Positions 1 through 11,343 of a stretch of 64,000 bases of DNA are shown here, in pieces. Each line of letters opens with the position of its first letter. The stretch's first letter is position 1. The DNA lies in contig OZ244732.1 in the NCBI GenBank assembly GCA_965219345.1, positions 96,001 through 160,000 on the forward strand. Reading direction: 5' to 3'. The stretch is from Nitrosopumilus sp. (GTDB lineage: Archaea; Thermoproteota; Nitrososphaeria; Nitrososphaerales; Nitrosopumilaceae). The translations under genes were made by a program, and so were the position numbers. The notes beneath the pieces are model-generated. The model was not told the origin of the DNA and made no database searches. It worked only from the letters and a program-made list of their open reading frames with translations.

Positions 1-183
1 AAACAAAACGGTTAGTAAGACAAAGGAACGTGATCTGATATCAAAAATCCAATTTTGCAATTAATTAAACCTCAAGTACATGGCTTTTAATTTTTATCAA
101 TAGATAAGTTTTGGAAGTATAAATCATTGTTTAGAAATAAGATTTGAGAAAATAATTCTGATCGGCTCAAAGAATTTAACCAA

Positions 184-1410
184 GTGTATAATAGAAAAAT
201 CGTGAAGGTACTCACATTAGATGATTTTGACTTAAAAGGTAAGACCGTTTTTTTGAGGGTCGATATGAATTGCCCAATCGATCCAGAAACAATGGAAATT
301 TCAGGTACCAAAAGAATTGAAGAAACTGCTGAAACTTTGAAATCATTAAAAGATGCCAGGGTAGTTGTCGCATCACATCAAGGCAGGGTTGGAAATAAGG
401 ATTATACTGGAATGGACAAACATGCAAAAGTTCTTGAAAAACTAATGAATAAAAAAATTAAATATGTTGAAGATGTAATTGGTGAAGCTGCACAAAACGC
501 AATCAAGAATTTGGAGGATGGAGACATTCTACTTTTAGATAATCTTCGATTGTGTGCTGAAGAAAATTACGAGTTTTCACTAGAGAATGCAGCCAAAACA
601 ATTATGGTTAGCCGTTTATCTAAATTATTTGATCTTTGCGTATTAGATTCATTTCCAAGTGCTCACAGATCACATCCATCAATTGTTGGTTTTCCACAAG
701 TTTTGCCAGCTTGTGCAGGCAGAGTTGTTGAAAGGGAAGTTGGAAATCTAGATGAGATAATGACTGTTGCCAAAGCACCCCATGTGATTGTTCTTGGAGG
801 CTCAAAAATACCTGATAGGCTTGAGGCAATCAGGTTATTGATTCAAAACGGTCGTGCCGACCATGTTCTGTTAACAGGATTGATTGGTAATGTGTTTATG
901 CGTGCACAAGCCAGAATCAAATCTCCCCTTGGTATCAAAAGGGAAGATGAAGTAGTAGCAAAAGCACACTCTTTGATAGGTGAATATCCTGATGTTTTTG
1001 CCACACCTGTGGATATTGCAATTGACAAAGATGGTGAAAGAGTAGAGATGGATGTCAGAGAGATAGGTAAAGGTGATAAAATTTACGATATAGGTCCAAA
1101 GACTGTAGAGTATTATTCAAAATTAATTTCAGGTGCAGGAACTGTGTTTATCAGCGGGCCAGCAGGATTTTTTGAAAAAGAGAACTTTGGTTATGGAACA
1201 AAAGAACTACTAAATTCAGTTGCAAACTCAATGGCAACAACAATTGTTAGTGGAGGACACTTGACATCTGCACTAAAACAACAAGGATTAGCAGACAAAA
1301 TCAATCATAATAGTACTGCAGGAGGTGCATTGGTACTTTATCTTACGGGTGAAAAGTTACCAATGATCAAAGCACTAGAAGATGCTGCAATAAAATACAG
1401 AGCTAAATAG
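184..1410 (+). CDS. pgk: Phosphoglycerate kinase
   Basis: LRVDMNCP, SHQGR, LLDNLRL, SAHRSHPS, LGGSK and STAGGA motifs of archaeal PGK; true start may be GTG at 202. Confidence 0.96.
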   Translation: MYNRKIVKVLTLDDFDLKGKTVFLRVDMNCPIDPETMEISGTKRIEETAETLKSLKDARVVVASHQGRVGNKDYTGMDKHAKVLEKLMNKKIKYVEDVIGEAAQNAIKNLEDGDILLLDNLRLCAEENYEFSLENAAKTIMVSRLSKLFDLCVLDSFPSAHRSHPSIVGFPQVLPACAGRVVEREVGNLDEIMTVAKAPHVIVLGGSKIPDRLEAIRLLIQNGRADHVLLTGLIGNVFMRAQARIKSPLGIKREDEVVAKAHSLIGEYPDVFATPVDIAIDKDGERVEMDVREIGKGDKIYDIGPKTVEYYSKLISGAGTVFISGPAGFFEKENFGYGTKELLNSVANSMATTIVSGGHLTSALKQQGLADKINHNSTAGGALVLYLTGEKLPMIKALEDAAIKYRAK

Positions 1411-1750
1411 AAGACTTGCAAGAAGGATTAGAACAAGTTCTTTCTTCAGATGTTCCAAGATAGATGTCTTGGTTACAAGCATTGCAGTGAAGTTTTTCAA
1501 CAGGATCAAATAGCTTTAACCAGATTGTAGTAAAGTTCTGTGCAATATTTCTTGCAAGACCAGAATCACAAATTTCGTTAAAGAATGATTCAACATCATC
1601 AATTATCCAAGAGGGATCAATGTCACCATTTTCTTTGAGTATCTCAAAAATTTCATCGTTTGTAAATTTAGTATCAACATCATTGAATTTTTCAAAGATT
1701 ATTTTTCTTATTTGAAGTACAATCGGAGTTACAGAAACAAAATCACTCAT
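1403..1750 (-). CDS. Conserved hypothetical protein, winged-helix-like with C-terminal Zn ribbon
   Basis: 115 aa; CNAC...CSNPSC; last gene of the suf run. Confidence 0.7.
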   Translation of the reverse strand: MSDFVSVTPIVLQIRKIIFEKFNDVDTKFTNDEIFEILKENGDIDPSWIIDDVESFFNEICDSGLARNIAQNFTTIWLKLFDPVEKLHCNACNQDIYLGTSEERTCSNPSCKSSI

Positions 1751-1751
1751 A

Positions 1752-2195
1752 CTAGTAGAGATTTGCCGCGTCTTCTTTTAGTTTATCTGTATCTTTAGAA
1801 TCATCTAGATGTTTTGCAAGATACGTATAAAGAGCAGATTTTAGTACTTTGAGTGAGAGTAAGGCACATTTTATTCGGACAGCTTGAAGATGTTCAAGAC
1901 CTAACTCACCTAATATGTCATTTTTCTCAATTTTTCTTACCTCATCAAGACTCTTACCTTTTGTAATTTCAGTCAATACTGAAGAGCAAGCCATGCAAAT
2001 TGCACAGCCTTTTCCATCAAATTTAATATCAGTAACTTTGTTATCATCAATTTTCATAGCAATGTCAATACTATCACCACACAATGGATTTGAATCGTGG
2101 AAAATTACATTGTGATCTTCAAGCTTTCCATAGTTTGTAGGATTTCTTGAATAATCAACAATCATCTCATGATAAATGTCTGCATTACCACTCAT
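1752..2195 (-). CDS. sufU: Fe-S scaffold SufU/IscU family
   Basis: NPLCGD, GCAICMAC, RIKCALL motifs. Confidence 0.93.
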   Translation of the reverse strand: MSGNADIYHEMIVDYSRNPTNYGKLEDHNVIFHDSNPLCGDSIDIAMKIDDNKVTDIKFDGKGCAICMACSSVLTEITKGKSLDEVRKIEKNDILGELGLEHLQAVRIKCALLSLKVLKSALYTYLAKHLDDSKDTDKLKEDAANLY

Positions 2196-3436
2196 AATTT
2201 GAATACCTTCGCTACTTTATTTAATGAATTCACAAGAGCATCAATGTCTTCTTTGGTATTGTAAATGTAAAAGCTGGCCCTTGATGTTGCAGCAACATTT
2301 AGTCGTTCCATCAAAACTTGTGCACAGTGATGACCAGAACGAATTGCTATACCTTCCCCATCAATAATTTGTGCAACATCATGAGGATGTACATCTGCAA
2401 AATTAAATGATATTACACCACCGCGTTTTGAAATATCCTTTGTGCCATAGATATGAATTCCTTTAACTTCTGGTAATTTCTCCATAGCATATTTTGTTAG
2501 CTCAACTTCATGTTCTCGTACATTATCCATTCCAATCTTTGTAAGATAATCGATGGCAACACCAAATCCAACAACATCTGCAATATTCGGAGTACCTGCT
2601 TCAAATTTGTATGGTAAATCATTCCATGTAGTTTCATACTTGTGAACTTCTCTAATCATATCACCACCACCATGAAATGGACTCATAGTCTCAAGAACTG
2701 ATTTTCTAACCCACAAAACACCAATTCCTGTGGGTCCTAACATCTTGTGCCCAGAAAATGCAAAAAAGTCACATCCTAATTTTTCAATGTCAACTTTCAT
2801 GTGAGGTACTGCCTGAGCAGCATCAATTAGTGTAAGAACACCAGCTGCCTTGCATTTTTCAATAATCTTTTCAACATCAGTAATTGTTCCAAGAACATTT
2901 GACATTAAACTAAAAGTTACAAGTTTGACTTTTCCTGTTGCAAGATATTTGTCAAGATCATCTAAGATTAGTTCTCCATTATCATCCATTCCTATGTATT
3001 CTAATTTTGCACCTTTCTCTTGTGTAAGAAGCTGCCATGGGACAATGTTGCTGTGATGCTCATATTCAGTAGTAACAATAATGTCGCCTTCTTTGATGTG
3101 TGGTCTGCCCCATGCATATGCAACAAGATTGATTGCCTCAGTGGTTCCTCGAACAAAGATAATTTCCTGACGATCTTTTATGTTGATAAATTTAGCAATT
3201 TTATCGCGAGTTTTCTCATATGCTTCAGTTGCTTCTTCAGCTATAGCATATACTGCTCTGTGAATGTTAGAATTATAATTTCTGTAATAGTCAGTAATAG
3301 AATCAATTACTTGATTTGGTTTTTGTGTTGTAGACGCATTATCAAGATAGACAAGACGTTTGTTATCTCTAACAGTTCTCTGAAGAATTGGAAAATCTTT
3401 TCTCAAATTTTCAAAAGATGATTGTGTGCTTTGCAT
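2192..3436 (-). CDS. sufS: Cysteine desulfurase SufS
   Basis: YLDNASTTQKP, EHHSN, FSGHKMLGPTG (PLP Lys), RSGHHCAQ. Confidence 0.96.
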   Translation of the reverse strand: MQSTQSSFENLRKDFPILQRTVRDNKRLVYLDNASTTQKPNQVIDSITDYYRNYNSNIHRAVYAIAEEATEAYEKTRDKIAKFINIKDRQEIIFVRGTTEAINLVAYAWGRPHIKEGDIIVTTEYEHHSNIVPWQLLTQEKGAKLEYIGMDDNGELILDDLDKYLATGKVKLVTFSLMSNVLGTITDVEKIIEKCKAAGVLTLIDAAQAVPHMKVDIEKLGCDFFAFSGHKMLGPTGIGVLWVRKSVLETMSPFHGGGDMIREVHKYETTWNDLPYKFEAGTPNIADVVGFGVAIDYLTKIGMDNVREHEVELTKYAMEKLPEVKGIHIYGTKDISKRGGVISFNFADVHPHDVAQIIDGEGIAIRSGHHCAQVLMERLNVAATSRASFYIYNTKEDIDALVNSLNKVAKVFKL

Positions 3437-3439
3437 ATT

Positions 3440-3757
3440 TTAAACCTCTACGTAAACCTCGTTACCGTCTATTTTAACATTGTACACTTTTAGTGGTTTT
3501 TCAGCAGGAAGATTTTGTGGTTCTCCATTCTCTAAATTGAAAACAGAAAGATGTAATGGACATCTAATACCTTCTTCGCTAAGAAATCCAGTAGAAAGAT
3601 CTGCATTAGCATGAGTACAGATAAGATCTGTTGCACGAATTTTTCCCTTGAGGTTAGCTAGGAGAATTTTCTTATCATCATGAGTAAATTCCAAAAGTTG
3701 ACCTTCTTTTACCTGCTCTAAATCGCAAGCCTTTATCCATTCAGACAGAAAAATCAC
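3440..3757 (-). CDS. Rieske-type [2Fe-2S] ferredoxin
   Basis: CTH...CPLH motifs, inside the suf operon. Confidence 0.92.
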   Translation of the reverse strand: MIFLSEWIKACDLEQVKEGQLLEFTHDDKKILLANLKGKIRATDLICTHANADLSTGFLSEEGIRCPLHLSVFNLENGEPQNLPAEKPLKVYNVKIDGNEVYVEV

Positions 3758-5154
3758 CTATACTTGTAGTGTTGTTCGATTTCAGCGTCTTCGTTGTAGC
3801 GTGTCTCTTCAATTTCTACAAACTTGGCTAATTCTTCATCAGTATTGATAGACAATTCTTTGTTTTCCCATTTAGATTCAATCAGATATGCAATCCATGC
3901 TCTTACTTGGAAAGACATCTTTCTGGATAATGGTTCTAAGAATCCCTCAATAATTGTTCTTTCAGCTTCTCCATAGCTTAGGCATCTTGTGTTAAGATAG
4001 AAGAGTTGTTCTTCATCTATTTGGGCAACAGATGCAGAGTGAGTAGCTTTGACATCATTGGTAAGAATCTCCAATCCAGGAATAGAGTCAGACTTGGCGT
4101 CTTTATCAAGTAGAATGGAACGACCTGACAAAAATGAATTTGATTTTGTTGCATTTTCTTTAATTCTAATCATTCCTTTGAAAAGAGATTTTGATTTGTT
4201 TCGAAGAATTGATTTTTCTACAACTCGGCCTTCTGTTGATGGACTCGCATGAGTCACATTAGTTTGAATATCAAATGATTGTTCATTATTTCCAAAGATA
4301 ACTTCAGAATCATTACATGATGCAGCTGGACCATTTAGGAAATACTCGATTTTGTATCTAGATAATATAGCACCAAACAAACCAGAATACCAGTTAACCG
4401 TAGCATCTTGAGCCAAGTCAGTTCTTCTTGTGCAGAAACTAACTGAGCTTTGATCCATCATCTGTAGGGTGGTTATATCCAATTGTGCATTTTGTGAGAG
4501 ATTTGTGTTTAGTAATTCAAGATATGCTTGTTGTTTTTCTGCCTTTGAGGAGTATAGTTCCTGAACAATTGTTGCTTTGCTGCTCTCATCTGCAAAAATA
4601 ATATTTCTAGAGATAGTTGAGATTCCATCTTCTGATAAACAAGATAAAATATGAATCGGTTTTTCTAGTTCAAGATTTCGTGGAATGTGAATGAAAACTC
4701 CGGAATTAAATGCAGCATTGTTTAGTGCAGTAAATTTATCTTCATTGGAATTTGATGCTTCTAGTGCTTTTTTTACTAAATCAGAGTTGTTTTGAATTGC
4801 ATCTTCTAGAGAAGAGATTACAAGTCCCTTTGATTTTAATTCATCAGAGATATTGATTCTGCAGGTATTGGTTCCAATTTGAATAATGCATATTTCATTT
4901 TCTAACTCTCCAAGTCTTTTTTGAAGAAAACTAGGAACAGTATCAGTAGTAGATATGGATAGTGAAACTTGATGTGGATCCATCTTTTGTGCATCAGTGT
5001 ATTTATTGTAAAGTGGAGATATTTCAATTGGCAATTTCTCATATACAGACAAGGAATTTTGTCTGTATTCTTTTAGCCAGTCAGGTTCATTCCTTGATGA
5101 AGAAATCTCATCGATATGACTGATGTTAAGTTTTGAAAGAGTTTCTTGAGACAT
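3754..5154 (-). CDS. sufD: Fe-S assembly protein SufD
   Basis: KFTALN, PGLEILTNDVKATHSASV, LFYLNTR; follows sufB. Confidence 0.92.
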   Translation of the reverse strand: MSQETLSKLNISHIDEISSSRNEPDWLKEYRQNSLSVYEKLPIEISPLYNKYTDAQKMDPHQVSLSISTTDTVPSFLQKRLGELENEICIIQIGTNTCRINISDELKSKGLVISSLEDAIQNNSDLVKKALEASNSNEDKFTALNNAAFNSGVFIHIPRNLELEKPIHILSCLSEDGISTISRNIIFADESSKATIVQELYSSKAEKQQAYLELLNTNLSQNAQLDITTLQMMDQSSVSFCTRRTDLAQDATVNWYSGLFGAILSRYKIEYFLNGPAASCNDSEVIFGNNEQSFDIQTNVTHASPSTEGRVVEKSILRNKSKSLFKGMIRIKENATKSNSFLSGRSILLDKDAKSDSIPGLEILTNDVKATHSASVAQIDEEQLFYLNTRCLSYGEAERTIIEGFLEPLSRKMSFQVRAWIAYLIESKWENKELSINTDEELAKFVEIEETRYNEDAEIEQHYKYR

Positions 5155-5179
5155 GATTAATCAATGTATAATTGGGAGT

Positions 5180-6580
5180 CTATCCCACTGAGTCATCCAT
5201 TTCTAGTTTAATGAGTCGATTTAATTCTACAGCATATTCCATTGGTAATTCTTTTGTAAATGGCTCCATGAATCCATTAACAATTAGTGTTAGTGATTCT
5301 TCTTCAGTAAACCCTCTACTCATAAGGTAGAAGATTTGTTCATCACCAATTTTTCCAACTGTAGCTTCATGAGTGATTGTCGCATCTTCTTGATTGATTT
5401 CCATGTATGGATAGGTCTCAGTCTTGGAGGTATCATCCAAGAGCAATGCATCACATCTCACAGTGGCTTTAACATTTGTAGCACCTTTTGCTACGTTAAG
5501 TAGTCCTCTGTAAGTAGAACGCCCATCTAGTCTACTAACAGACTTTGATGTGATTTTAGAAGTTGTGTTTGGCGCAAGATGAACCATTTTTGCGCCTGTA
5601 TCTTGATGTTGTCCTTTGCCGGCAAAGGCAATAGAGAGAGTCTCACCATATGCTCTTTCGCCCATAAGGTATATTCCAGGATATTTCATTGTTAATTTAC
5701 TTCCAATGTTTCCATCAATCCATTCAACAGTTGCACCTTCATATGCATAAGCACGTTTTGTTACAAGATTGTAAACATCGCTACTCCAGTTTTGGATTGT
5801 TGTGTATCTTAGTTTTGCATCTTTGTGTGCAATTAGTTCTACAACAGCAGAGTGAAGTGATTCTGAAGAATAAACAGGAGCAGTACATCCTTCAATGTAA
5901 TGTACTTCTGCACCTTCATCTACAATGATTAATGTCCTTTCAAATTGACCAATGTTTTCTGCATTAATTCTAAAGTATGCTTGTAAAGGCATATCGACTC
6001 TGACACCAGGTGGAACATAGATGAATGAACCACCACTCCAAACTGCACTGTTTAGTGCTGCGAATTTGTTGTCCTCTGGAGGAATTATTTTACCAAAGTA
6101 TTTCTTGAATAGTTCTGGATGTTCTTTAAGAGCTGCATCAGTATCCAAAAATAGAACGCCTTGTTTTGCCAAATCCTCTCTTAAGCTGTGATACACAACT
6201 TCAGATTCATATTGTGCACCAACTCCTGCTAAGAATTTCTTTTCAGCTTCTGGAATTCCAAGTTTATCAAAAGTGTTTTTAACATTTTCTGGAACATCAT
6301 CCCAATTTTTCTCGGTTTTCTCTGATGCTTTTGCATAATAATAGATATTTTGGAAATCAATAGTACCAAGATCACCGCCCCAAGTTGGCATTGGTTTTTT
6401 CATAAAAATTTCATAAGAACGTAATCTAAAGTCAAGCATCCATTGTGGTTCATCTTTCATTTTACTGATTTCAATTACAGTATCTTTAGACAGACCTTTC
6501 TTGCCAAGATGGACATACATTTCTGTAGAGTCTTTAAAATCATATTTTGAATAATCCATGTCAAGATTTTCAGTTGCCAT
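5180..6580 (-). CDS. sufB: Fe-S assembly protein SufB
   Basis: [39 protein letters not shown]. Confidence 0.97.
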   Translation of the reverse strand: MATENLDMDYSKYDFKDSTEMYVHLGKKGLSKDTVIEISKMKDEPQWMLDFRLRSYEIFMKKPMPTWGGDLGTIDFQNIYYYAKASEKTEKNWDDVPENVKNTFDKLGIPEAEKKFLAGVGAQYESEVVYHSLREDLAKQGVLFLDTDAALKEHPELFKKYFGKIIPPEDNKFAALNSAVWSGGSFIYVPPGVRVDMPLQAYFRINAENIGQFERTLIIVDEGAEVHYIEGCTAPVYSSESLHSAVVELIAHKDAKLRYTTIQNWSSDVYNLVTKRAYAYEGATVEWIDGNIGSKLTMKYPGIYLMGERAYGETLSIAFAGKGQHQDTGAKMVHLAPNTTSKITSKSVSRLDGRSTYRGLLNVAKGATNVKATVRCDALLLDDTSKTETYPYMEINQEDATITHEATVGKIGDEQIFYLMSRGFTEEESLTLIVNGFMEPFTKELPMEYAVELNRLIKLEMDDSVG

Positions 6581-6764
6581 GCAGAAAATAACTCCGTTAT
6601 ATTATAAATACATGGGGAAAAATAGGCAGAGCTAAATAGCTTTAGCTAAACATTAGAGGGTAACTAATCCAACACAGATTCAAGTAATCAAAGTTTAGTT
6701 CGGCAGGATTAGTATGTTTTTGGGATTATATTGGTACCAAATAGGTACGAAACACCTCAAGCAA

Positions 6765-6920
6765 TTACATTACCTGTGAAAAGTCGGGTTTATCAAAATC
6801 AGGCAATCTACTCTCTTTTTGTTTGCTGCCCTTTAACTCTCTTTTTTTGTGTGTATTAGAATGCCTTTCTAGTCTTTTTTCATCATTAAACTGCATATTA
6901 CATTTTGAACACTTGAGCAC
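6765..6920 (-). CDS. Small C2H2 zinc-finger protein (51 aa; not in ORF track)
   Basis: Hand translation from GTG: VLKCSKCNMQFNDEKRLERHSNTHKK...FSQVM*, a CxxC-x12-HxxxH pattern. Confidence 0.65.
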   Translation of the reverse strand: MLKCSKCNMQFNDEKRLERHSNTHKKRELKGSKQKESRLPDFDKPDFSQVM

Positions 6921-7052
6921 ATTATACAATAATCCTTCTTATTTTTATAAAGTTGTAATATGGTAATTATGCATTAGATGAAAAAACAGTCAATAGAAGA
7001 ATTACAAGTATTACACCTATTGGAACGGGAATTAATTTTAAAAGTCTAGTTT

Positions 7053-7538
7053 TCATTTTTCACATTCATAATTTTGCAGATAATTTATGATATCTTCTTG
7101 TGCAACCTCATGTTGTAATTCTCTTTCAACATAACAATGAAAGTTATTGTGGTCTAGATTATAATTTTCATCAAAATATAGATTCATTCTAACTCGAAAA
7201 TCATCTTCGTTTCCTGCAAAATACGATACATGATCATCTCGTACTGATACTTGGGCATCTTCATACTTTACATAAAATGCAATAACTTCTGGAGTATCGT
7301 TGTAAAGTTCTAGAATTCGTTTTTCAAATATGTAATCTACACATTCTTCAAACTTCTGTTGAGTTACTCCGTCAGGTAATCCTATGTCTTCAATTCCATA
7401 ATTTCCATCAAATTCATTATCAAGTAAATTTGAATATCTAGCAAGATGTGTAAGTATTGGTTTATCACATCCAATACTGTATAATTCATCTTCTGCACTT
7501 GTTATCCATGCAGAACCTCTTTCAGCACCAAGATTCAT
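7053..7538 (-). CDS. Hypothetical acidic protein, possibly 5'-truncated
   Basis: 161-aa ORF, no recognisable motif. Confidence 0.5.
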   Translation of the reverse strand: MNLGAERGSAWITSAEDELYSIGCDKPILTHLARYSNLLDNEFDGNYGIEDIGLPDGVTQQKFEECVDYIFEKRILELYNDTPEVIAFYVKYEDAQVSVRDDHVSYFAGNEDDFRVRMNLYFDENYNLDHNNFHCYVERELQHEVAQEDIINYLQNYECEK

Positions 7539-7724
7539 TGGTGGAGGATAGTCTAGATAATCTAGAAGATAGCCATTTAGAAATAATCCCCAACATCGAT
7601 GAAAACTAGTGACCGCCTTTCATCCATGAGGAAGGATTCATACAATCATACATTAGATAGAAAACATATGTCATAGATCCAGAGATTATCAATCCAATTA
7701 TTATTGGTATGATGAGTTTTGTTT

Positions 7725-8279
7725 TCATTTTCTTTTTCTCCTGATCACAAAAATAATTCCACCGACTACACCACCAATTATTCCCACGATTAATAGAATT
7801 GCCATGTAGATTAATTCATAATCATAATCACGTATAGGCATCAATCCTGCAAGTTCTGCATCATAAACGATGCATACCCCCATTTGGTATATTGCTCCCA
7901 AACCACAGATATGATCATCTTTACTGATTTCAATTACATCAAAGTGACCTTTGTATTCTCCAGTGTCAGGTGCACGTCCTGAAAAAAAATAATACTCATA
8001 CACGTTTCTGTTCTGAGTTGATTCACTGGCCCAATCTTCTAGTCTATCTTCTTTAATTGCTTGATTTAGATCCAAATATGCAGATTCCATAAACTCTGAA
8101 CCTTTGTAGGAATAATATTGTGTCCACATGTTGACTTCATTTTGATTATACCTTCCGTTTGCTAAAGTATCAAGACAAGGTGCTCCAGACCAATCATCAT
8201 TTACTGAACAAATAGCAAACGCCTGGGGTATTAACACCACAAATCCAATCAAAATCAACAAAATTACAAAAAATTTCAT
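7725..8279 (-). CDS. Secreted protein with C-terminal membrane anchor
   Basis: Signal peptide (PQAFA), C-terminal TM helix plus RRKRK. Confidence 0.75.
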   Translation of the reverse strand: MKFFVILLILIGFVVLIPQAFAICSVNDDWSGAPCLDTLANGRYNQNEVNMWTQYYSYKGSEFMESAYLDLNQAIKEDRLEDWASESTQNRNVYEYYFFSGRAPDTGEYKGHFDVIEISKDDHICGLGAIYQMGVCIVYDAELAGLMPIRDYDYELIYMAILLIVGIIGGVVGGIIFVIRRKRK

Positions 8280-8460
8280 AATATGACTAAACGAATTACT
8301 AGATACTCATAAAGACTTCGAGTCTTAGGTACTTCCTTAGAGACTTGAATGAGTTTAGTGACTAATTTAGGCCGTCAAAGGGTCTTCAAGTATTACTCAA
8401 GACTAATAATTTCATTTTGAACCAAATTTCTATTATGAACTAATTTAGATTTGGACCAAG

Positions 8461-8826
8461 TATTCTTAAACAAAAGCAATTCTTTTTGCAATCCCAGTTA
8501 TTATTACTGCAATCTATTCTGATTATTTTCTACAAGAATTTGGTGAGGCAAACTTTGACTATTACTGTGGCCTAATCTTTGTGGCTGGAGCATCAATAAC
8601 ATTACCATTGGCAGGTTTTGAAGCACTAGTTTTTCGAGGTGGCCTTTTAGGAGCAGTTTGGGCACTACTTCTTTTTGGTGTTCTAGTTTTCACAATAGCT
8701 GATGTTTGGCATTATTATCTAGAGGTAGTTGGAGAACATCATTTGTTACATCCAGTGAATTTATTCTGGCATATTTCAGACTGGATTGTGATATATGCAC
8801 TTTACAAACATAGTAAAGCAATCTAA
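8461..8826 (+). pseudogene. 3' fragment of a multi-TM membrane protein
   Basis: Hydrophobic frame (ADVWHYYLE...HPVNLFW) extends upstream of 8581 without a good start. Confidence 0.45.
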
Positions 8827-8870
8827 GTCTAGACTTGATCATTAAATTTTTTCTATTTCTACACAAAGTT

Positions 8871-9680
8871 TTAGGCTACAGCTAGAGTATTTTTGATTGT
8901 ATCAAACGCACCACTAACTGTATGTACCTCAGCTACTGTATTCTTGACTTCGAATTTTTTCAGTTCATCTGCAGTGAACGGGCCAATTGCAACTACAGAT
9001 AGTTTTGATAATTGATCAAGAAGTTTTTCCTCATCATAGTCTTTTGACATTATCTCAAAGAATCCACGAACTGAAGATACACTAGTTAAAATCACACCAT
9101 CAACTTTGCCTTGGGAGAATAGTTCTCGAAATTCATTCCACTGAGTAGTATCTCTAAATGCACACACATCATACAAATGAATTTCCAACACATCAATTCC
9201 AATCTTGTTTAGCAATTCTTTCAAAAACGGAGTTGATGCACCACTACGAGGAATAATTACTTTTTTGCCAACAGCGTGAATTTTTGTAAATTCCTCACCA
9301 ACACCAACCGATGAATAGGTAGTAGGCTGATAGTTAACTTTGATTCCCTCGTTTTCAAGAGCAGCTGTAGTCTTTGGGCCAACTGACATCACCATAGTAT
9401 TTGCAACAGCCAATTGCAGTTTCTCAAATTTCCCTACTTGCTTAGCTGTATCAAAAAGTAATTTTACTGCCTTTGAGCTCATAAAAACAGAATAATCTGG
9501 ATTGTATTTTTCAATTGATCCCAAGAATTCATCAGCAATCTTTTCACCCTTACTTACAAGTTCAATTGTGGGTAAAGTGATTGGCCTTGCGTTATTTTTT
9601 TCTGCAAGCTGAATAAATTCAGTAGAATCATCTTTTGAACGAGTGATTGCGATAATTTTACCCTCAAGCATTATTTCCAC
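8871..9680 (-). CDS. hemD: Uroporphyrinogen-III synthase
   Basis: IAITRS, FMSSKAV, VGPKT, LTSVSSV, AIGPFTA; clustered with hemC and cobA. Confidence 0.93.
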   Translation of the reverse strand: MEIMLEGKIIAITRSKDDSTEFIQLAEKNNARPITLPTIELVSKGEKIADEFLGSIEKYNPDYSVFMSSKAVKLLFDTAKQVGKFEKLQLAVANTMVMSVGPKTTAALENEGIKVNYQPTTYSSVGVGEEFTKIHAVGKKVIIPRSGASTPFLKELLNKIGIDVLEIHLYDVCAFRDTTQWNEFRELFSQGKVDGVILTSVSSVRGFFEIMSKDYDEEKLLDQLSKLSVVAIGPFTADELKKFEVKNTVAEVHTVSGAFDTIKNTLAVA

Positions 9681-10411
9681 CCTATAGTTTCTGACAGATC
9701 AACAACTTTGCCAATAATGATATTGGTAGGAGGCAGGATTTTATTCTCTTTGACTTTTTTTGCAATGTTTGTCACAGTTCCTTTAATCATTTTTTGTTTA
9801 GGAGTAGTTCCATTTTGAATTACTGCTACAGGAGTTCTTTTGTCCATTCCACCAGCAACAAGTTGTTTGCATATAATATCAATTCGGGACAATCCCATCA
9901 TTATCACAATAGTGTCTACAGATTTTGCAAGTCTTTTCCATCTGACAACTTCATTTTTCTTTTCAGGGTCTTCATGTCCTGTTACGAACACCACTGATGA
10001 TGAGTGTTTTCTGTGAGTTAGAGGGATTCCAACATAAGTTGCTGAACCAATTCCAGAAGTAATTCCTGGAACTATTTCATATTTTATTTTATTTTCTCTA
10101 AGAAATTCTGCTTCTTCTCCACCACGACCAAAGATAATTGGATCTCCACCCTTTAGTCTAACTATATTTTTTTTAGATTTTGCATATTTTACCATTAAAT
10201 CATTTGTTGTGATTTGATGAGTGGTATCATCTCCTACTGCTCTTCCAACATAGATTTTCTCTGCAGATTTTGGTATCATAGAGATTATTTTTTTGCTAAC
10301 CAATCTATCATACAAAACGATGTCCGCCTTTCTGAGTAGTTCAACTGCTCTCAATGTAATTAATTTGCTATCGCCTGGACCAGCTCCAACAAGATACACT
10401 TTTCCTGTCAT
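9671..10411 (-). CDS. cobA: Uroporphyrinogen-III C-methyltransferase
   Basis: VYLVGAGPGD, YDRLV, RLKGGDP, GRGGEE, VPGITS. Confidence 0.96.
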   Translation of the reverse strand: MTGKVYLVGAGPGDSKLITLRAVELLRKADIVLYDRLVSKKIISMIPKSAEKIYVGRAVGDDTTHQITTNDLMVKYAKSKKNIVRLKGGDPIIFGRGGEEAEFLRENKIKYEIVPGITSGIGSATYVGIPLTHRKHSSSVVFVTGHEDPEKKNEVVRWKRLAKSVDTIVIMMGLSRIDIICKQLVAGGMDKRTPVAVIQNGTTPKQKMIKGTVTNIAKKVKENKILPPTNIIIGKVVDLSETIGWK

Positions 10412-11343
10412 TTTTTATTCCATTCCTCCACTTTTTCTCTCCAATTTAATGCAAGTTCATTTACGCCTTTCTCACGGAGTTCCTCTCCAGCACTTTTACC
10501 AATGGATTTAGGATCTGTTTTGTTTCCAGTTTTGTTTACTTGTAATGATTTTTTCCCGTCTACAGAAAATGCTACTGCACGTAATGTCATTTCAGAACCA
10601 TTAGATTTTGCGTATGCGCCAACTGGGAATCGACATCCAGAATCAACAAAATCAGACAAAGCACGTTCTGCCTCAATCTCCAATCTAGAATCAGCATCTT
10701 CAATTTTTTTCAGCATAGAAATAGTTTGAGAATCATCTGCTCTTGCAACTATTGCTATTGCACCTTGACCTGGTGATGGAGAAAAATCATCAATCGATAA
10801 TTGAGTTAACTTTACATTAACTCCCAATCGAGAGATTCCTGCCTGTGCAAGTATCACTGCATCATAGTTTTCATCAGATACTTTTCTAATTCTTGTTTCA
10901 ATATTCCCCCGAATTGGTTTAACTATAACATCAGATCTTTTTCGAATCACTTGTACAGCACGACGAAGTGAACTTGTTCCAATTACTGCCCCTGGTTTAA
11001 TGGTCTCTAGTGTTGAGTCATCTGAAGAAATGAATACATCATTTACTGCTTCACGTTTTGGAATACAAGCCAAAGTGAGACTTTCATCTATTTCTGAAGG
11101 AACGTCTTTGAGACTATGGACAGCAAAATCAACTTCCTTTTGTGCAACTGCTCTATCAATCTCTTTTTCAAAAATTCCTTTCTGGTCTATTGTAAATAAG
11201 GGCCTAGTATCGGTATCGCCTTTTGTTGTGATTGCTTTAATTTCATATTCTGAATCAGGATTTACTTTTTTTAGTTCTTTGATAACCCGATTTGTTTGGG
11301 CTACAGATAATTGACTTCCTCTTGCACCAACTATGTACTTCAA
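10408..11343 (-). CDS. hemC: Hydroxymethylbilane synthase
   Basis: RGSQL, KGIFEKE, AVHSLKD, GTSSLRR, RGNIETR. Confidence 0.96.
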   Translation of the reverse strand: MKYIVGARGSQLSVAQTNRVIKELKKVNPDSEYEIKAITTKGDTDTRPLFTIDQKGIFEKEIDRAVAQKEVDFAVHSLKDVPSEIDESLTLACIPKREAVNDVFISSDDSTLETIKPGAVIGTSSLRRAVQVIRKRSDVIVKPIRGNIETRIRKVSDENYDAVILAQAGISRLGVNVKLTQLSIDDFSPSPGQGAIAIVARADDSQTISMLKKIEDADSRLEIEAERALSDFVDSGCRFPVGAYAKSNGSEMTLRAVAFSVDGKKSLQVNKTGNKTDPKSIGKSAGEELREKGVNELALNWREKVEEWNKK

